From: a virus
Taxonomy: Duplodnaviria > Caudoviricetes
Length of the DNA stretch: 64,000 bases
Reading direction: 5' to 3' (one strand)
IMG/VR virus record: IMGVR_UViG_3300042367_000066
Coordinates: 188-64,187 of that record
The position numbers and the translations under genes are program-made. Shown here piece after piece: positions 18,854 through 29,795 of this stretch. Under the pieces are notes generated by a model, which saw only the letters and a program-made list of their open reading frames with translations, was not told the origin of the DNA and ran no database searches. Each line of letters begins with the position of its first letter. Position 1 is the stretch's first letter.

Positions 18854-21077
18854 TCTATACACTAGGCTTAGCGACTTCCTTCCTGCTAACACCATACACA
18901 TGAAGAACAAGGCCAAGTCTTGGGCTTATGGTTATGACGAGAAGCACGACCTGGTAGTTATATCTAAGGACGGAACAATTGGTGACATATACGAGATAAA
19001 TGGTCTCAATATAGCGCTGCCATCCGTCCCAAAAATTGTGTATAAAAGGGACGAGAAGAAGGAGAACCAGTACTGGGAACCAGCTGACTATCCAAGGGAA
19101 CTATCAAACATAAAGTCTATATTCCAGTGGCACACGATGTCAAAGGAGTTCAAGGCCAAGTGGGTAGACTACATAGAGGGTGAGTTTGATCGTAGGGAGA
19201 ACGGGTTCTTCTTCAAGAACAACGGAATCGATACGTACATAACTGGCTCTCAGTACATGTACCTGCAGTGGACAAAGATTGACGTTGGACTTCCAGACTT
19301 CAGGGAGGCTAACAGGGTGTTCTTTATATTCTGGGAGGCCTGCAAGGCTGACGACAGGTGCTTCGGTATGACCTACCTGAAGATCAGACGTTCTGGGTTC
19401 TCTTTCATGGGATCAAGCGAGCTGGCCAACATAGGAACTCTTGCAAAGGACTCAAGGCTAGGAATACTGTCAAAGACTGGTAACGATGCCAAGACAATGT
19501 TTACGGACAAGGTTGTGCCCATCGTGAACAACTACCCGTTCTTCTTCAAGCCGATACAGGATGGTATGGACAAGCCTAAGACAGAGCTAGCGTTCAGAGT
19601 TCCTGCATCCAAGATTACAAAGAAGAACATGTACGAGGACGGTGAGGTTGAGATCGAGGGTCTTGACACCACAATCGACTGGAAGAACACAGGAGACAAC
19701 TCGTACGATGGTCAGAAGCTACAGCTACTAATACACGACGAGAGCGGTAAATGGCTCGCACCAGATAACATCCTGAATAACTGGAGGGTTACCAAGACCT
19801 GTCTACGATTAGGTAGCAGGATTATTGGTAAGTGTCTAATGGGGTCAACACCTAACGCTCTTGTAAAGGGAGGGTCAAACTTCAAGAGGCTGTACGAGGA
19901 CTCTAACATAAAGACAAGGAACAACAACGGACAGACTAAGTCTGGTATGTACTCGCTGTATATACCGATGGAGTGGAACTTTGAGGGTTACATAGACATC
20001 TACGGTATGCCAGTGTTCAGAGAACCAGAAAAGCCAGTTCAGAGTATAGACAAGTCTATGATAAGGACTGGTGCGGTTGACTACTGGGAGAACGAGGTGG
20101 AGTCTCTTAAGGGTGACGCTGATGCTCTTAACGAGTTCTACAGGCAGTTCTCTAGGACAGAGTCTCACGCGTTCAGGGACGAGAGTAAGTCATCCATATT
20201 CAACCTTACAAAGATATACCAGCAGATAGACTACAACGACTCGCTTATAAAGGACAGGGTTCTTACACGTGGATCGTTCAGCTGGTACGAAGGAAATAAG
20301 GACACAAGGGTTGTGTGGACTCCAGACTCAAGGGGAAGGTTTCTAGTGTCATGGATACCTAGCAACCAGATGCAGAATAATGTAATCAATAAGAACGGAA
20401 TGAGGTACCCAGGTAACGACCACATCGGTGCGTTTGGGTGTGACCCGTACGACATATCTGGGACAGTTGGCGGTGGTGGATCTAACGGATCACTTCACGG
20501 TCTGACCAAGTTCAATATGGACGACGCACCTAGCAACCACTTCTTCCTTGAGTACATAGCAAGGCCACAGACAGCAGAGATATTCTTTGAGGAGGTCCTG
20601 ATGGCTTGTGTGTTCTATGGGATGCCAATACTTGTAGAGAATAACAAGCCTAGGCTGCTGTACCACCTAAAGAACAGGGGATATAGGGGATTCTCCATGA
20701 ACAGGCCAGACAAGCACGTAACAAACCTGTCTAAGACAGAGAAAGAGCTTGGTGGTATACCTAACTCGTCTGAGGACGTTAAGCAGTCTCACGCGGCTGC
20801 AATTGAGTCGTACATAGAGAAGTACGTTGGACTTGACATGGAGGGAACGTACAGGGACTCTGACGAGATGGGCGACATGTACTTCACGAGAACGATTGAG
20901 GAGTGGGCCAAGTTTGATATAAACAATCGTACAAAGTTTGACGCTGCAATCAGCTCTGGACTAGCTATAATGGCTAACCAAAAGAATGTGTACCTTACGG
21001 CAAAAAAAGAATCGAAATTAAGCATTACCTTTGCGAAATATAATAATAACGGAAGATATAGTGAAATTATAAGATGA
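18831..21077 (+). CDS. terL: Terminase large subunit
   Basis: Walker A-like KIRRSGFS, Walker B LLIHDESGK, nuclease GCDPYD and VENN...FDAAIS; precedes portal. Confidence 0.9.
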   Translation: MQKKDQNNLYTRLSDFLPANTIHMKNKAKSWAYGYDEKHDLVVISKDGTIGDIYEINGLNIALPSVPKIVYKRDEKKENQYWEPADYPRELSNIKSIFQWHTMSKEFKAKWVDYIEGEFDRRENGFFFKNNGIDTYITGSQYMYLQWTKIDVGLPDFREANRVFFIFWEACKADDRCFGMTYLKIRRSGFSFMGSSELANIGTLAKDSRLGILSKTGNDAKTMFTDKVVPIVNNYPFFFKPIQDGMDKPKTELAFRVPASKITKKNMYEDGEVEIEGLDTTIDWKNTGDNSYDGQKLQLLIHDESGKWLAPDNILNNWRVTKTCLRLGSRIIGKCLMGSTPNALVKGGSNFKRLYEDSNIKTRNNNGQTKSGMYSLYIPMEWNFEGYIDIYGMPVFREPEKPVQSIDKSMIRTGAVDYWENEVESLKGDADALNEFYRQFSRTESHAFRDESKSSIFNLTKIYQQIDYNDSLIKDRVLTRGSFSWYEGNKDTRVVWTPDSRGRFLVSWIPSNQMQNNVINKNGMRYPGNDHIGAFGCDPYDISGTVGGGGSNGSLHGLTKFNMDDAPSNHFFLEYIARPQTAEIFFEEVLMACVFYGMPILVENNKPRLLYHLKNRGYRGFSMNRPDKHVTNLSKTEKELGGIPNSSEDVKQSHAAAIESYIEKYVGLDMEGTYRDSDEMGDMYFTRTIEEWAKFDINNRTKFDAAISSGLAIMANQKNVYLTAKKESKLSITFAKYNNNGRYSEIIR

Positions 21078-23509
21078 AGGAAGTAACTATTAAAATAAAT
21101 CCTGCCAGCTTTCCTGACCAGTTCGCGTCAGATAGAGAAAAGGAGACATATGAGTATGGACTACAGATTGGGCAATCCATTCAATATGAGTGGTTCAGGA
21201 AGGATAACAGTAACTCAAGATTTTATAATCAGTGGGGAGACTTCCATAGATTAAGACTATACGCAAGGGGTGAGCAGTCGGTGGCCAAGTACAAGAACGA
21301 GATGGCTGTTGACGGTGACCTTAGTCACCTGAACCTAGACTGGACTCCAGTACCTATTATACCAAAGTTTGTTGACGTTGTTGTTAACGGAATGAATGAC
21401 AGACTGTTCAAGGTTAAGGCATACGCACAGGACTCGATATCACTACAGAAGAAGACCAAGTATCAGGACATGATACAGGCTGACATGTTGTCAAAGGATA
21501 TTCTTACAGATATCAAGAACAACCTAGGAGTTGATGCGTTTGACACAAATCCAGAGGAGCTTCCAGAGAACGACGAGGAGCTTGCTCTATACATGGAGCT
21601 TAAGTACAAGCCAGCTATAGAGATTGCAGAGGAGGAGGCAATCAACACGATTCTAGATCAGAATAAGTACAACGAGACAAGAAAAAGAATAGACTACGAC
21701 ATTGCCACGCTAGGAATTGGTGTTGCAAAGCACATGTTCCTTCCAGGAGCAGGTGTTAAGATTGAGTACGTAGATCCAGCAAACATAGTATACAGCTACA
21801 CAGAAGATCCAAACTTTAAGGACTGCTTCTACTGGGGAGAGATAAAGACAGTTCCAATAACAGAACTTGTAAAGATAGACACTACCTTAACTAATGAACA
21901 ACTTGAAGAGATTTCTAAGTATAGTCAGTCTTGGTACAACTATAATAATTCATCCCAGTTTTATAATAACAGCCTCTTTAGTAAGGACTCTGCTACACTG
22001 TTATATTTTAACTATAAGACTACCAAGAAGATAGTATACAAGAAGAAGAATCTAGACAATGGAAACTTCAAGATAATAGACAAGGAAGACACGTTCAATC
22101 CTCCACAGGAGATGATGGACGAGGGTAACTTTGAAAAAATAGAGAAGACTATAGACGTTTGGTACGATGGTGTTATGGTTATGGGAACTAACATAATGCT
22201 TAAGTGGGAGTTATCAAGAAATATGGTAAGGCCTAAGTCCGCATCTCAGCATGCAATTCCAAACTATGTGGCTGTTGCTCCAAGGATGTACAAGGGAGCT
22301 ATAGAGTCATTAGTAAAAAGGATGATACCATTTGCTGACCTTATACAGGTTGTACACCTAAAGCTACAGCAGGTTATATCTAAGGTTGTACCTGACGGTG
22401 TATTCATTGACGCTGACGGTATTAACGAGGTAGACCTTGGTACTGGATCGGCATACACGCCAGAGGACGCACTTAGACTGTACTTCCAGACTGGTAGTGT
22501 TATTGGTAGGAGCTACACAGGAGATGGTGAGTTTAATAACGCAAGGGTTCCTATCCAGGAGCTTAACTCTAACAGTGGACAGGCCAAGATATCTAGCCTT
22601 GTAGGAAGCTACAACCACTACCTAGGAATGATTAGGGATGTAACAGGACTTAACGAGGCACGTGACGGCTCTATGCCAGATCCAAACTCTTTGGTTGGAG
22701 TACAGAAACTAGCGGCACTTAATTCGAATACAGCTACAAGACACATACTAGAGTCTAGTCTATACATAACTAAGACTCTGTCTGAGGCTATATCTTGTAG
22801 GGTTGCTGACATACTAGAGTACTCAGACTTTAAGGAGGAGTTCATCCTTCAGATAGGTAAGTACAACGTGAGTATACTAGAAGATATAAAGGACTTACAT
22901 ATACACGACTTTGGTATATTTATAGAGGTTGCACCAGACGAAGAGGAGAAGGCTCAGCTAGAGGCTAACATTCAGATGGCTCTGTCTAGGGACGCTATTT
23001 ATCTAGAGGATGCGATAGACATCAGAGAGATCAGAAACCTTAAGCTGGCTAACCAGTACCTTAAACTTCAGAGAAAGAAGAAGGAGGAGACCATTCAGAA
23101 GAACCAACAGGCTCAGCAGGAGATGCAGGGCAAAATTCAGCAGCAGTCACAACAAGCTGCAGCTCAGAACGCGTTGCAAGCAATACAGGCAGAGACACAG
23201 TCTAAGATGCAGATCAAGCAGGCAGAGGTAGGATTTGATATTGAGAAACTTAAACAAGAGGCCCAGCTTAAGATGGAATTAATGCAGATGGAGTTTAATC
23301 TACAGATGCAACTAAAGGGCGTTGAAACAGAACAGCTTAATCAGAAGGACACACTTAAGGAGAAGGCTAAGGACAAGAGAATAAGCATACAGAACACACA
23401 GCAGTCAAAGCTAATTGATCAGCGTAAGAATAATCTTCCACCAGTAAACTTTGAGTCAAACGAGGATAGCTTGGATGGATTCGATATGGCTGAATTTGAA
23501 CCAAGATAA
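21074..23509 (+). CDS. Portal protein
   Basis: 811 aa after TerL; PIIPKFVDVVVNG, IRDVTGLNEARDG, Gln-rich C-terminal coiled coil. Confidence 0.88.
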   Translation: MKEVTIKINPASFPDQFASDREKETYEYGLQIGQSIQYEWFRKDNSNSRFYNQWGDFHRLRLYARGEQSVAKYKNEMAVDGDLSHLNLDWTPVPIIPKFVDVVVNGMNDRLFKVKAYAQDSISLQKKTKYQDMIQADMLSKDILTDIKNNLGVDAFDTNPEELPENDEELALYMELKYKPAIEIAEEEAINTILDQNKYNETRKRIDYDIATLGIGVAKHMFLPGAGVKIEYVDPANIVYSYTEDPNFKDCFYWGEIKTVPITELVKIDTTLTNEQLEEISKYSQSWYNYNNSSQFYNNSLFSKDSATLLYFNYKTTKKIVYKKKNLDNGNFKIIDKEDTFNPPQEMMDEGNFEKIEKTIDVWYDGVMVMGTNIMLKWELSRNMVRPKSASQHAIPNYVAVAPRMYKGAIESLVKRMIPFADLIQVVHLKLQQVISKVVPDGVFIDADGINEVDLGTGSAYTPEDALRLYFQTGSVIGRSYTGDGEFNNARVPIQELNSNSGQAKISSLVGSYNHYLGMIRDVTGLNEARDGSMPDPNSLVGVQKLAALNSNTATRHILESSLYITKTLSEAISCRVADILEYSDFKEEFILQIGKYNVSILEDIKDLHIHDFGIFIEVAPDEEEKAQLEANIQMALSRDAIYLEDAIDIREIRNLKLANQYLKLQRKKKEETIQKNQQAQQEMQGKIQQQSQQAAAQNALQAIQAETQSKMQIKQAEVGFDIEKLKQEAQLKMELMQMEFNLQMQLKGVETEQLNQKDTLKEKAKDKRISIQNTQQSKLIDQRKNNLPPVNFESNEDSLDGFDMAEFEPR

Positions 23510-23514
23510 ATAAC

Positions 23515-23522
23515 TAACTTTG
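23515..23522 (+). promoter_or_regulatory. -7 promoter element
   Basis: TAACTTTG 8 nt before ATG 23531. Confidence 0.6.
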
Positions 23523-23530
23523 CAAAAAAA

Positions 23531-23800
23531 ATGAAGACAGCAGCCTGGACACGAAAAGAGGGTAAGTCAGAAACTGGAGGATTAAACGCTAAGGGTGTAG
23601 CATCCTATAGAAAAGAGAACCCAGGAAGTAAGTTAAAGATGGCCGTAACGAAGAAGCCATCTGAATTAAAGCCAGGAAGTAAGGACGCAAATCGTAGGAA
23701 ATCATTCTGCGCTAGAATGTCTGGAATGCCAGGACCAATGAAGAAACCAAACGGAGAACCAACAAGAAAAAAACTTGCGTTAGACAAGTGGAATTGTTAA
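23531..23800 (+). CDS. Small basic conserved phage protein (DUF6321-like), copy 2
   Basis: Near-identical protein to 5098..5373. Confidence 0.8.
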   Translation: MKTAAWTRKEGKSETGGLNAKGVASYRKENPGSKLKMAVTKKPSELKPGSKDANRRKSFCARMSGMPGPMKKPNGEPTRKKLALDKWNC

Positions 23801-23810
23801 AACAAATAAA

Positions 23811-24785
23811 ATGAGTACAGTACCATCAGGAACAAGATTTATAGGTATAGCAGAAAATGTTAACCTTACAGAAAGAAAGTCAGCAGTGTTGAATACAGAA
23901 ACACAGCCTTATACTATTCAAGATATAGCAGACACAGTTGGTGTTGGAGCACAGGGACCACAAGGAGTTCAAGGACCAGCAGGACCTCTAGGACCAGTTG
24001 GACCAGCTGGATTAAACTGGCAAGGGGCATGGGTATCAGGAACGTCTTATGTTGCAGATGATGCTGTAGGATATGGAGGAGCGTCTTACTTCTGTATACT
24101 AGCAACTTCTGGAACTACAACTCCAAATCTAGCTACAACAAACTGGGCACTGTTAGCCTCTCAAGGAGCACAAGGTATTCAAGGTGTACAAGGACCAACT
24201 GGAGCGCAGGGAGCATCTGGTGGAGCTGGAACATTACAGCAGACTGTTGATAATGGAAACGAAGTAAACGATGGTTTTGGAAACATAACTAAAATTTATA
24301 GCGGAGCAATAGAAACTATAGATATAGCTGGACGTATAACTATTGGTTCTGATGTGGATTTACAAAAAGGAATTTATACTGCTAAAATATACAACCCAGG
24401 TAATCATACAGCAAATAGAACATATACATTGCCTAATGCTTCAGGAACTGTTGCTTTAGAGGATTATAAAGTGTATTCAGCTTTGATATCTCAATCAGGA
24501 AGTTCAGCTCCAACAGCTAAGGTTCTTAAAAATACAACAGGTGCAACTTTTTCATACTCAAAACTAACCGATGGATATTACGGAATTACAGCATCATCTG
24601 ATGTTTTTACAACAGATAAGACAGCACTTGTATATAGTTTAAATTCAAGTGGAATATATCCTAGTGCAATTATGACTTTTTATAAGTCTGGACCAACATC
24701 TTTTGTAATAGAAACTTTATATTCATCAAATAATGCAGATAATATTATGAAAGATACTTTTATAGAGATAAGAGTATACAATTAA
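23811..24785 (+). CDS. Collagen-like (head) fibre protein
   Basis: G-X-Y repeats flanking W.GAW.SGT.Y...D.V.Y.G.SY module. Confidence 0.75.
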   Translation: MSTVPSGTRFIGIAENVNLTERKSAVLNTETQPYTIQDIADTVGVGAQGPQGVQGPAGPLGPVGPAGLNWQGAWVSGTSYVADDAVGYGGASYFCILATSGTTTPNLATTNWALLASQGAQGIQGVQGPTGAQGASGGAGTLQQTVDNGNEVNDGFGNITKIYSGAIETIDIAGRITIGSDVDLQKGIYTAKIYNPGNHTANRTYTLPNASGTVALEDYKVYSALISQSGSSAPTAKVLKNTTGATFSYSKLTDGYYGITASSDVFTTDKTALVYSLNSSGIYPSAIMTFYKSGPTSFVIETLYSSNNADNIMKDTFIEIRVYN

Positions 24786-24805
24786 AATTAAATAAATCAA
24801 ATCAA

Positions 24806-25891
24806 ATGGAAAATTTCACAGTTAGAGACTTAGGTGTCTCTGAGCAAAAGTCTATTCAAGAGGTAGAGCAACAGTTGTTAGATCAACACGAGGAAAAGTT
24901 TAGTCAGAATATTCAACAGGAGGATCCGATTATTACAACTGAACAAGTTGAAGAGGTAGGACTAAAGGATGAGGATGTACTGTCGTACATTAAGAACAGA
25001 TACAATAAGGAGGTAACATCAATTGATGAGTTATTTCAAAAGAGGGAGGAAACAGAGGAGTTGCCAGGCGACGTATCTGCATACTTCAAATATAAGAAAG
25101 AGACTGGACGTGGGATAGAAGACTTTGTTAAGTTAAACAGGGACTATAGCTCAATGGATTCAGACTCATTGTTGGCAGAGTACTACTCACAGACAGATGA
25201 AGATCTGGACGAGGAGGATATCGCTTATATGATTGAGGACAAGTTCTCGTACGACGAGGACCTAGACGATCCAAAGGATATCAAGAAGAAGGAACTCGCC
25301 AAGAAGAAAGAGCTTGTTAAGGCCAAGAAGTACTTTGAGGATTCAAAGGAGGCATATAAGATACCAGTTGAGTCAGCTGGAGGTCTTGTCTCTGAAGATG
25401 AGAAGGAGACTTACAACGCCTACAAGAAATATGTTCAAGATTCGCAGAGTCAACAAGAAGAAAATTACAGAAAATCTGAGTATTTTCAAAAGAAGACGGA
25501 GGAGCTTTTCTCTGATGATTTCAAAGGTTTTGATTTCGTTATAGGAGATAAGACAGTTAAGTTTTCACCTGGAGATGTTAAGGAGACTAAGAAAATTCAG
25601 TCAGATGTTTCAAACTTTATATCTAAGTATATAGATGCAAATGGAATGATATCTGATCCTGTTGGTTACCACAGATCATTAGCAGCTGCTATGAACCCAG
25701 AGAAGATGGCCACGTTCTTTTACGAACAGGGCAAGGCTGAGGCGTTATTAGATAATGCAAGAAAAATTAAGAACATTGATATGGATACTAGAAACGTACC
25801 ACAATCAATCAGCCAATCTGGTTTTAAAGTTGTAGCTACTGAAAGTGATAGCGGAAGAGGACTAAAAATAAAAAGTAATAGAAACATTTAA
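24806..25891 (+). CDS. Probable capsid scaffolding protein
   Basis: Very acidic helical protein directly upstream of MCP. Confidence 0.65.
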   Translation: MENFTVRDLGVSEQKSIQEVEQQLLDQHEEKFSQNIQQEDPIITTEQVEEVGLKDEDVLSYIKNRYNKEVTSIDELFQKREETEELPGDVSAYFKYKKETGRGIEDFVKLNRDYSSMDSDSLLAEYYSQTDEDLDEEDIAYMIEDKFSYDEDLDDPKDIKKKELAKKKELVKAKKYFEDSKEAYKIPVESAGGLVSEDEKETYNAYKKYVQDSQSQQEENYRKSEYFQKKTEELFSDDFKGFDFVIGDKTVKFSPGDVKETKKIQSDVSNFISKYIDANGMISDPVGYHRSLAAAMNPEKMATFFYEQGKAEALLDNARKIKNIDMDTRNVPQSISQSGFKVVATESDSGRGLKIKSNRNI

Positions 25892-25902
25892 AACACAAAA
25901 AC

Positions 25903-27324
25903 ATGCCAGCACAAGTAGCAAGTACCCCAGGGTTCGCATTACAGCCAAGCGCAACGAGACAAACTCTTGCGACAAATTACATCACTGACTTCAACTTCTT
26001 GAATCAGTACCTTCCAGACACGTACGAGAAAGAATTCGAGCGTTATGGAAATCGCTCAGTAGCATCTTTCTTAAGAGCTGTTGGAGCAGAGATGCCATCT
26101 ACATCAGACCTTATCAAGTGGGCTGAACAAGGGCGTCTACACACTAAGTACGTAAACTGTGCCTCTGGAGCAGCAGCTGGAGCTGATACTGCAACAATCA
26201 CAGTTTCTGACACATTGATCCCATCTTCTAACCAATCTGGTACTTCTAGAATTGCTTTTAAAGTTGGTCAAACAGTATTGATCTCTGACAACGCGTCTTC
26301 AAAATCAAACAAGGGTATCATCACAGCTGTTGCTTCTGGTGCAAACACATTCGACGTTGCATACTACGCAGCTGCAGGACAAACATTTGCATCTACAGAT
26401 ACTGTAACTTGTTTTGTTTACGGTTCTGAGTTCAGAAAAGGAACAGAAGGAATGGTTCAGTCTGTTGAGGCTTCTGACTCTATCTTCTCTAACAACCCAA
26501 TCATCATCAAAGACAAGTACGCTGTTAGTGGATCTGATATGGCTCAGATTGGATGGATTGAGGTTACAACTGAGAATGGAGCTACAGGATTCTTGTGGTA
26601 CATTAAATCAGAGCACGAGACTCGTCTACGTTTCGAGGACTACTTAGAGATGTCTATGATCGAGGCAGTTCCTGCTGAGGCAGATTCTGGAGCTAAGGCT
26701 ACTACATCTGTAGGAAACAAAGGATCTGAGGGTATGTTCTACGTTATTGGAAACAGAGGTAACGTATTCAGTGGTGGTAACCCAACAGCATTGTCTGATT
26801 TTGATGAGATCATCAAGAGACTTGACAAGCAAGGTGCTATCGAAGAGAACGTATTGTTCATCAACCGTCAGTTCTCTTTTGACATTGACGATATGTTAGC
26901 ATCTCAAAACTCTTACGGAGCAGGTGGTACATCTTATGGTTTGTTTGATAACGACAAGGAGATGGCATTGAACTTAGGGTTCACAGGTTTCCGTAGAGGT
27001 TATGACTTCTACAAGACTGACTGGAAGTACTTAAATGATGCAGCTCTTAGAGGTGGTATCGTTGGTGGTGCTATCAATGGTGTATTAGTTCCAGCTGGAT
27101 CTACTACAGTATACGATCAAGTTCTTGGTAAAAACGCTAAACGTCCATTCTTACACGTACGTTACAGAGCTTCTGAGACAGAAGACAGACGTTACAAGAC
27201 TTGGATCACAGGTTCTGCAGGTGGAGCACAAAACTCTAGCTTAGATGCAATGGAGGTTCACTTCTTATCTGAGAGAGCTTTATGTACATTAGGAGCTAAT
27301 AACTTCTTCTTGTTCACAAACTAG
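25903..27324 (+). CDS. Major capsid protein
   Basis: 473 aa, strongly biased codons, follows scaffold and precedes terminator; QYLPD.YEKEFERYGNR, W.EQGRLH motifs. Confidence 0.88.
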   Translation: MPAQVASTPGFALQPSATRQTLATNYITDFNFLNQYLPDTYEKEFERYGNRSVASFLRAVGAEMPSTSDLIKWAEQGRLHTKYVNCASGAAAGADTATITVSDTLIPSSNQSGTSRIAFKVGQTVLISDNASSKSNKGIITAVASGANTFDVAYYAAAGQTFASTDTVTCFVYGSEFRKGTEGMVQSVEASDSIFSNNPIIIKDKYAVSGSDMAQIGWIEVTTENGATGFLWYIKSEHETRLRFEDYLEMSMIEAVPAEADSGAKATTSVGNKGSEGMFYVIGNRGNVFSGGNPTALSDFDEIIKRLDKQGAIEENVLFINRQFSFDIDDMLASQNSYGAGGTSYGLFDNDKEMALNLGFTGFRRGYDFYKTDWKYLNDAALRGGIVGGAINGVLVPAGSTTVYDQVLGKNAKRPFLHVRYRASETEDRRYKTWITGSAGGAQNSSLDAMEVHFLSERALCTLGANNFFLFTN

Positions 27325-27332
27325 AATAGTTA

Positions 27333-27363
27333 GGGATGCGGCGGTAATCGCCGCATTCTTTTT
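27333..27363 (+). terminator. Intrinsic terminator after MCP
   Basis: GGGATGCGGCG-GTAAT-CGCCGCATTCT-TTTT. Confidence 0.85.
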
Positions 27364-27383
27364 AATAAATTAAATCACATCAA

Positions 27384-28124
27384 ATGAAAAATCAAGCAGT
27401 ACCAGTAGATAAGATCTACATTTTAAAGGGAGACTCAACTCCACTTACTTACATGTTGTCGTCAAGAAACACACGTAGAGCACCTCTACTTCACTTCGAT
27501 GGAACATCAAACAGGGCATTACGTTATGCCGTAAATCAAAAATCACCATTCGAGGAAGAACAGGACGGAAACTCTATACTAGAGCCAATTGTTTTTGTTG
27601 ATGGGGCACTAATTGTTCCTAAAACAAATCCAGTTCTACAACACTTCTTATCTCTACATCCAGGATATGGAGATGTATTCGAAGAGGTTAACAATGAGCA
27701 GAATGCTGCAAGCGATATCGAGTACTTTAATGCAGAACTAGATGCTCAGTTAGCAGCTAGAGACTTAAATGTTGAGATGCTAGAGGCAGTTGCTAGAGTT
27801 TTATTAGGGGCAAACATCGAGAAGATGTCTACAGCAGAGCTTAAGAGGGACGTGTTTGTTTACGCTAGGTCGTACCCATCAGACTTCTTGAGTATGCTTA
27901 ACGACCCTATGTTGAAGCTACAGAATACCTGCGCTAAGTTCTTTGAGTATAATGTGATCGTTATGAAGAATAAGGATAGAGACATTTACTTTAACTTACC
28001 ACAGAATAAAAAGAAGGTTCTAACCGTCCCATATGGGGAGGATAAAAATTATATACTGGCGTCATACCTTCAGACAGACGAAGGGATTGAGGTCCTTAAG
28101 TTATTAGAAAATAACGTAAAATAA
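27384..28124 (+). CDS. Conserved virion-module protein
   Basis: 246 aa ORF between MCP and tail ring genes. Confidence 0.7.
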   Translation: MKNQAVPVDKIYILKGDSTPLTYMLSSRNTRRAPLLHFDGTSNRALRYAVNQKSPFEEEQDGNSILEPIVFVDGALIVPKTNPVLQHFLSLHPGYGDVFEEVNNEQNAASDIEYFNAELDAQLAARDLNVEMLEAVARVLLGANIEKMSTAELKRDVFVYARSYPSDFLSMLNDPMLKLQNTCAKFFEYNVIVMKNKDRDIYFNLPQNKKKVLTVPYGEDKNYILASYLQTDEGIEVLKLLENNVK

Positions 28125-28132
28125 TTCAAACT

Positions 28133-28163
28133 AAACACTCCAAAATAAGGGGTGTTTTTTTTT
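28133..28163 (+). terminator. Intrinsic terminator
   Basis: AAACACTCC-AAAATAA-GGGGTGTTT then T-run. Confidence 0.8.
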
Positions 28164-28165
28164 GT

Positions 28166-28173
28166 TATCTTTG
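28166..28173 (+). promoter_or_regulatory. -7 promoter element for tail operon
   Basis: TATCTTTG immediately after terminator. Confidence 0.7.
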
Positions 28174-28189
28174 TAAAAAGTTTTTAATA

Positions 28190-28873
28190 ATGATAGACTC
28201 AGTAAGAAGTACTGTGCTGTCTGCTGTGAACAAGAGTAACTTTGGGTACATAACACCAGATGACTTTAATTTATTTGCTAAGCAGGCACAGATAGATATA
28301 TTTGAAGATTATTTTTACCAGTACAACACCTGGATAAATAAGATGAACAATAGACAGTCTGGTACTGGATATGCAGACATGGTCAAACTTGCTGAGGAGG
28401 TTATAGATAGCCTCTCTTCAACAGTTACACTTGCATATGATACAGATAAATTTGAACTTCCTAGTGACTACTACTACGTAAATACAATTAGATACGGTTC
28501 TAAGGAGATAGATAGGATATCACACGACAAGGTTCTGAACCTTTTATCTTCAAACCTTACGTCTCCGTCTAAGTTATACCCAGTGTATACTCAGGAGGGT
28601 AACAATATAACTGTCTATCCAGACACAATTATAAACAACGTTAAGTCTCAGTACATAAGGATTCCAAAGGATCCAAAGTGGACATACATAATGGTGAACG
28701 GATCTCCTGTATTTAATCAAAACAATGACTACCAGGACTTCGAACTTCCGTCTACAGACGAGCCGTTAATAGTAGCTAAGATACTTAAGTACGCTGGTCT
28801 GTCTATAAGAGAGGGAGATGTGTACCAGTTTGGTACTAATGAGCAGAATAGTAATAAACAAATACAGGGGTAA
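28190..28873 (+). CDS. Head-tail adaptor/tail ring protein
   Basis: NK.N.GYITP..FN.FA.QAQ; Y.R.P..P.W; DFELP; position in module. Confidence 0.7.
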   Translation: MIDSVRSTVLSAVNKSNFGYITPDDFNLFAKQAQIDIFEDYFYQYNTWINKMNNRQSGTGYADMVKLAEEVIDSLSSTVTLAYDTDKFELPSDYYYVNTIRYGSKEIDRISHDKVLNLLSSNLTSPSKLYPVYTQEGNNITVYPDTIINNVKSQYIRIPKDPKWTYIMVNGSPVFNQNNDYQDFELPSTDEPLIVAKILKYAGLSIREGDVYQFGTNEQNSNKQIQG

Positions 28874-28875
28874 TA

Positions 28876-29793
28876 ATGGCATACTTAACTGGATATCAAT
28901 ACTATGAGAACTCTGGAGGAAATCCAGAAGGTGAGAACTGGGGTTCGTATCAGTACACATCATTGGATGATATTGTGAATAACTTTATGCTGATGTACGT
29001 CGGAAATGATAAGTTAATTAATAACATATCTAGATACAATGTATTATTTCACGCAAAGAGAGGAATACAGGAGGTAAATTACGACGCGCTCAAGGAGATA
29101 AAGGTTCTTGAGATAAGCATATGTGACGACCTTAAGTTCGTACTGCCAGACAACTACGTAAACTACGTAAGGATATCCTTATACAAGGACGGGGTTCTTC
29201 GTCCACTTACAGAGAATATTCAGACAAACTATAGCAACAGTTACCTTCAGGATAACAACTGTAGGATATTATTTGATGAAGATGGAGATGTCTTAGAGGG
29301 AACATCTATAATGGATAATGATAGGATTACAAACCAACAGAGAACAATGTACCCAGGATCTGGTCCATTCAGTGGAAGAGAGGGGTTCAACTACAACGGT
29401 ATGTGGTACTTCGACTACCCTATAGGGTCTAGGTTTGGGCTTAACACTGAGACTGCTAATATAAATCCTACATATAGAATAGACAAGAAGTCTGGAGTTA
29501 TAAACTTTGGATCTGGAATGGCAGGAGAGCTGTGTATACTTGAGTATGTGTCAGACGGAATGGAAGAAGGAGACGACTCAAAGATAAGCATAAACAAGAT
29601 GGCCGAGGAGTTTCTGTACGCTCACATAAAGTACCAGATACTGTCATCTAAGCTAGGCGTGCAGGAGTACGTTGTACAGAGAGCCAAGAAAGAAAGAACA
29701 GCAATACTAAGGAATACCAGAATAAGACTCGGAAACATTCACCCAGGAAGACTTCTTATGAACATGAGAGGCAAAGATAAATGGATTAAATAG
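28876..29793 (+). CDS. Second tail ring/tubular protein
   Basis: LP.NYVNYVRIS, ILEY.SDG; position in module. Confidence 0.65.
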   Translation: MAYLTGYQYYENSGGNPEGENWGSYQYTSLDDIVNNFMLMYVGNDKLINNISRYNVLFHAKRGIQEVNYDALKEIKVLEISICDDLKFVLPDNYVNYVRISLYKDGVLRPLTENIQTNYSNSYLQDNNCRILFDEDGDVLEGTSIMDNDRITNQQRTMYPGSGPFSGREGFNYNGMWYFDYPIGSRFGLNTETANINPTYRIDKKSGVINFGSGMAGELCILEYVSDGMEEGDDSKISINKMAEEFLYAHIKYQILSSKLGVQEYVVQRAKKERTAILRNTRIRLGNIHPGRLLMNMRGKDKWIK

Positions 29794-29795
29794 GT

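Noticed and set aside
18831-21077. Intein or intron in the long terminase
   Set aside because: No intein splice motifs, homing endonuclease or frame break seen
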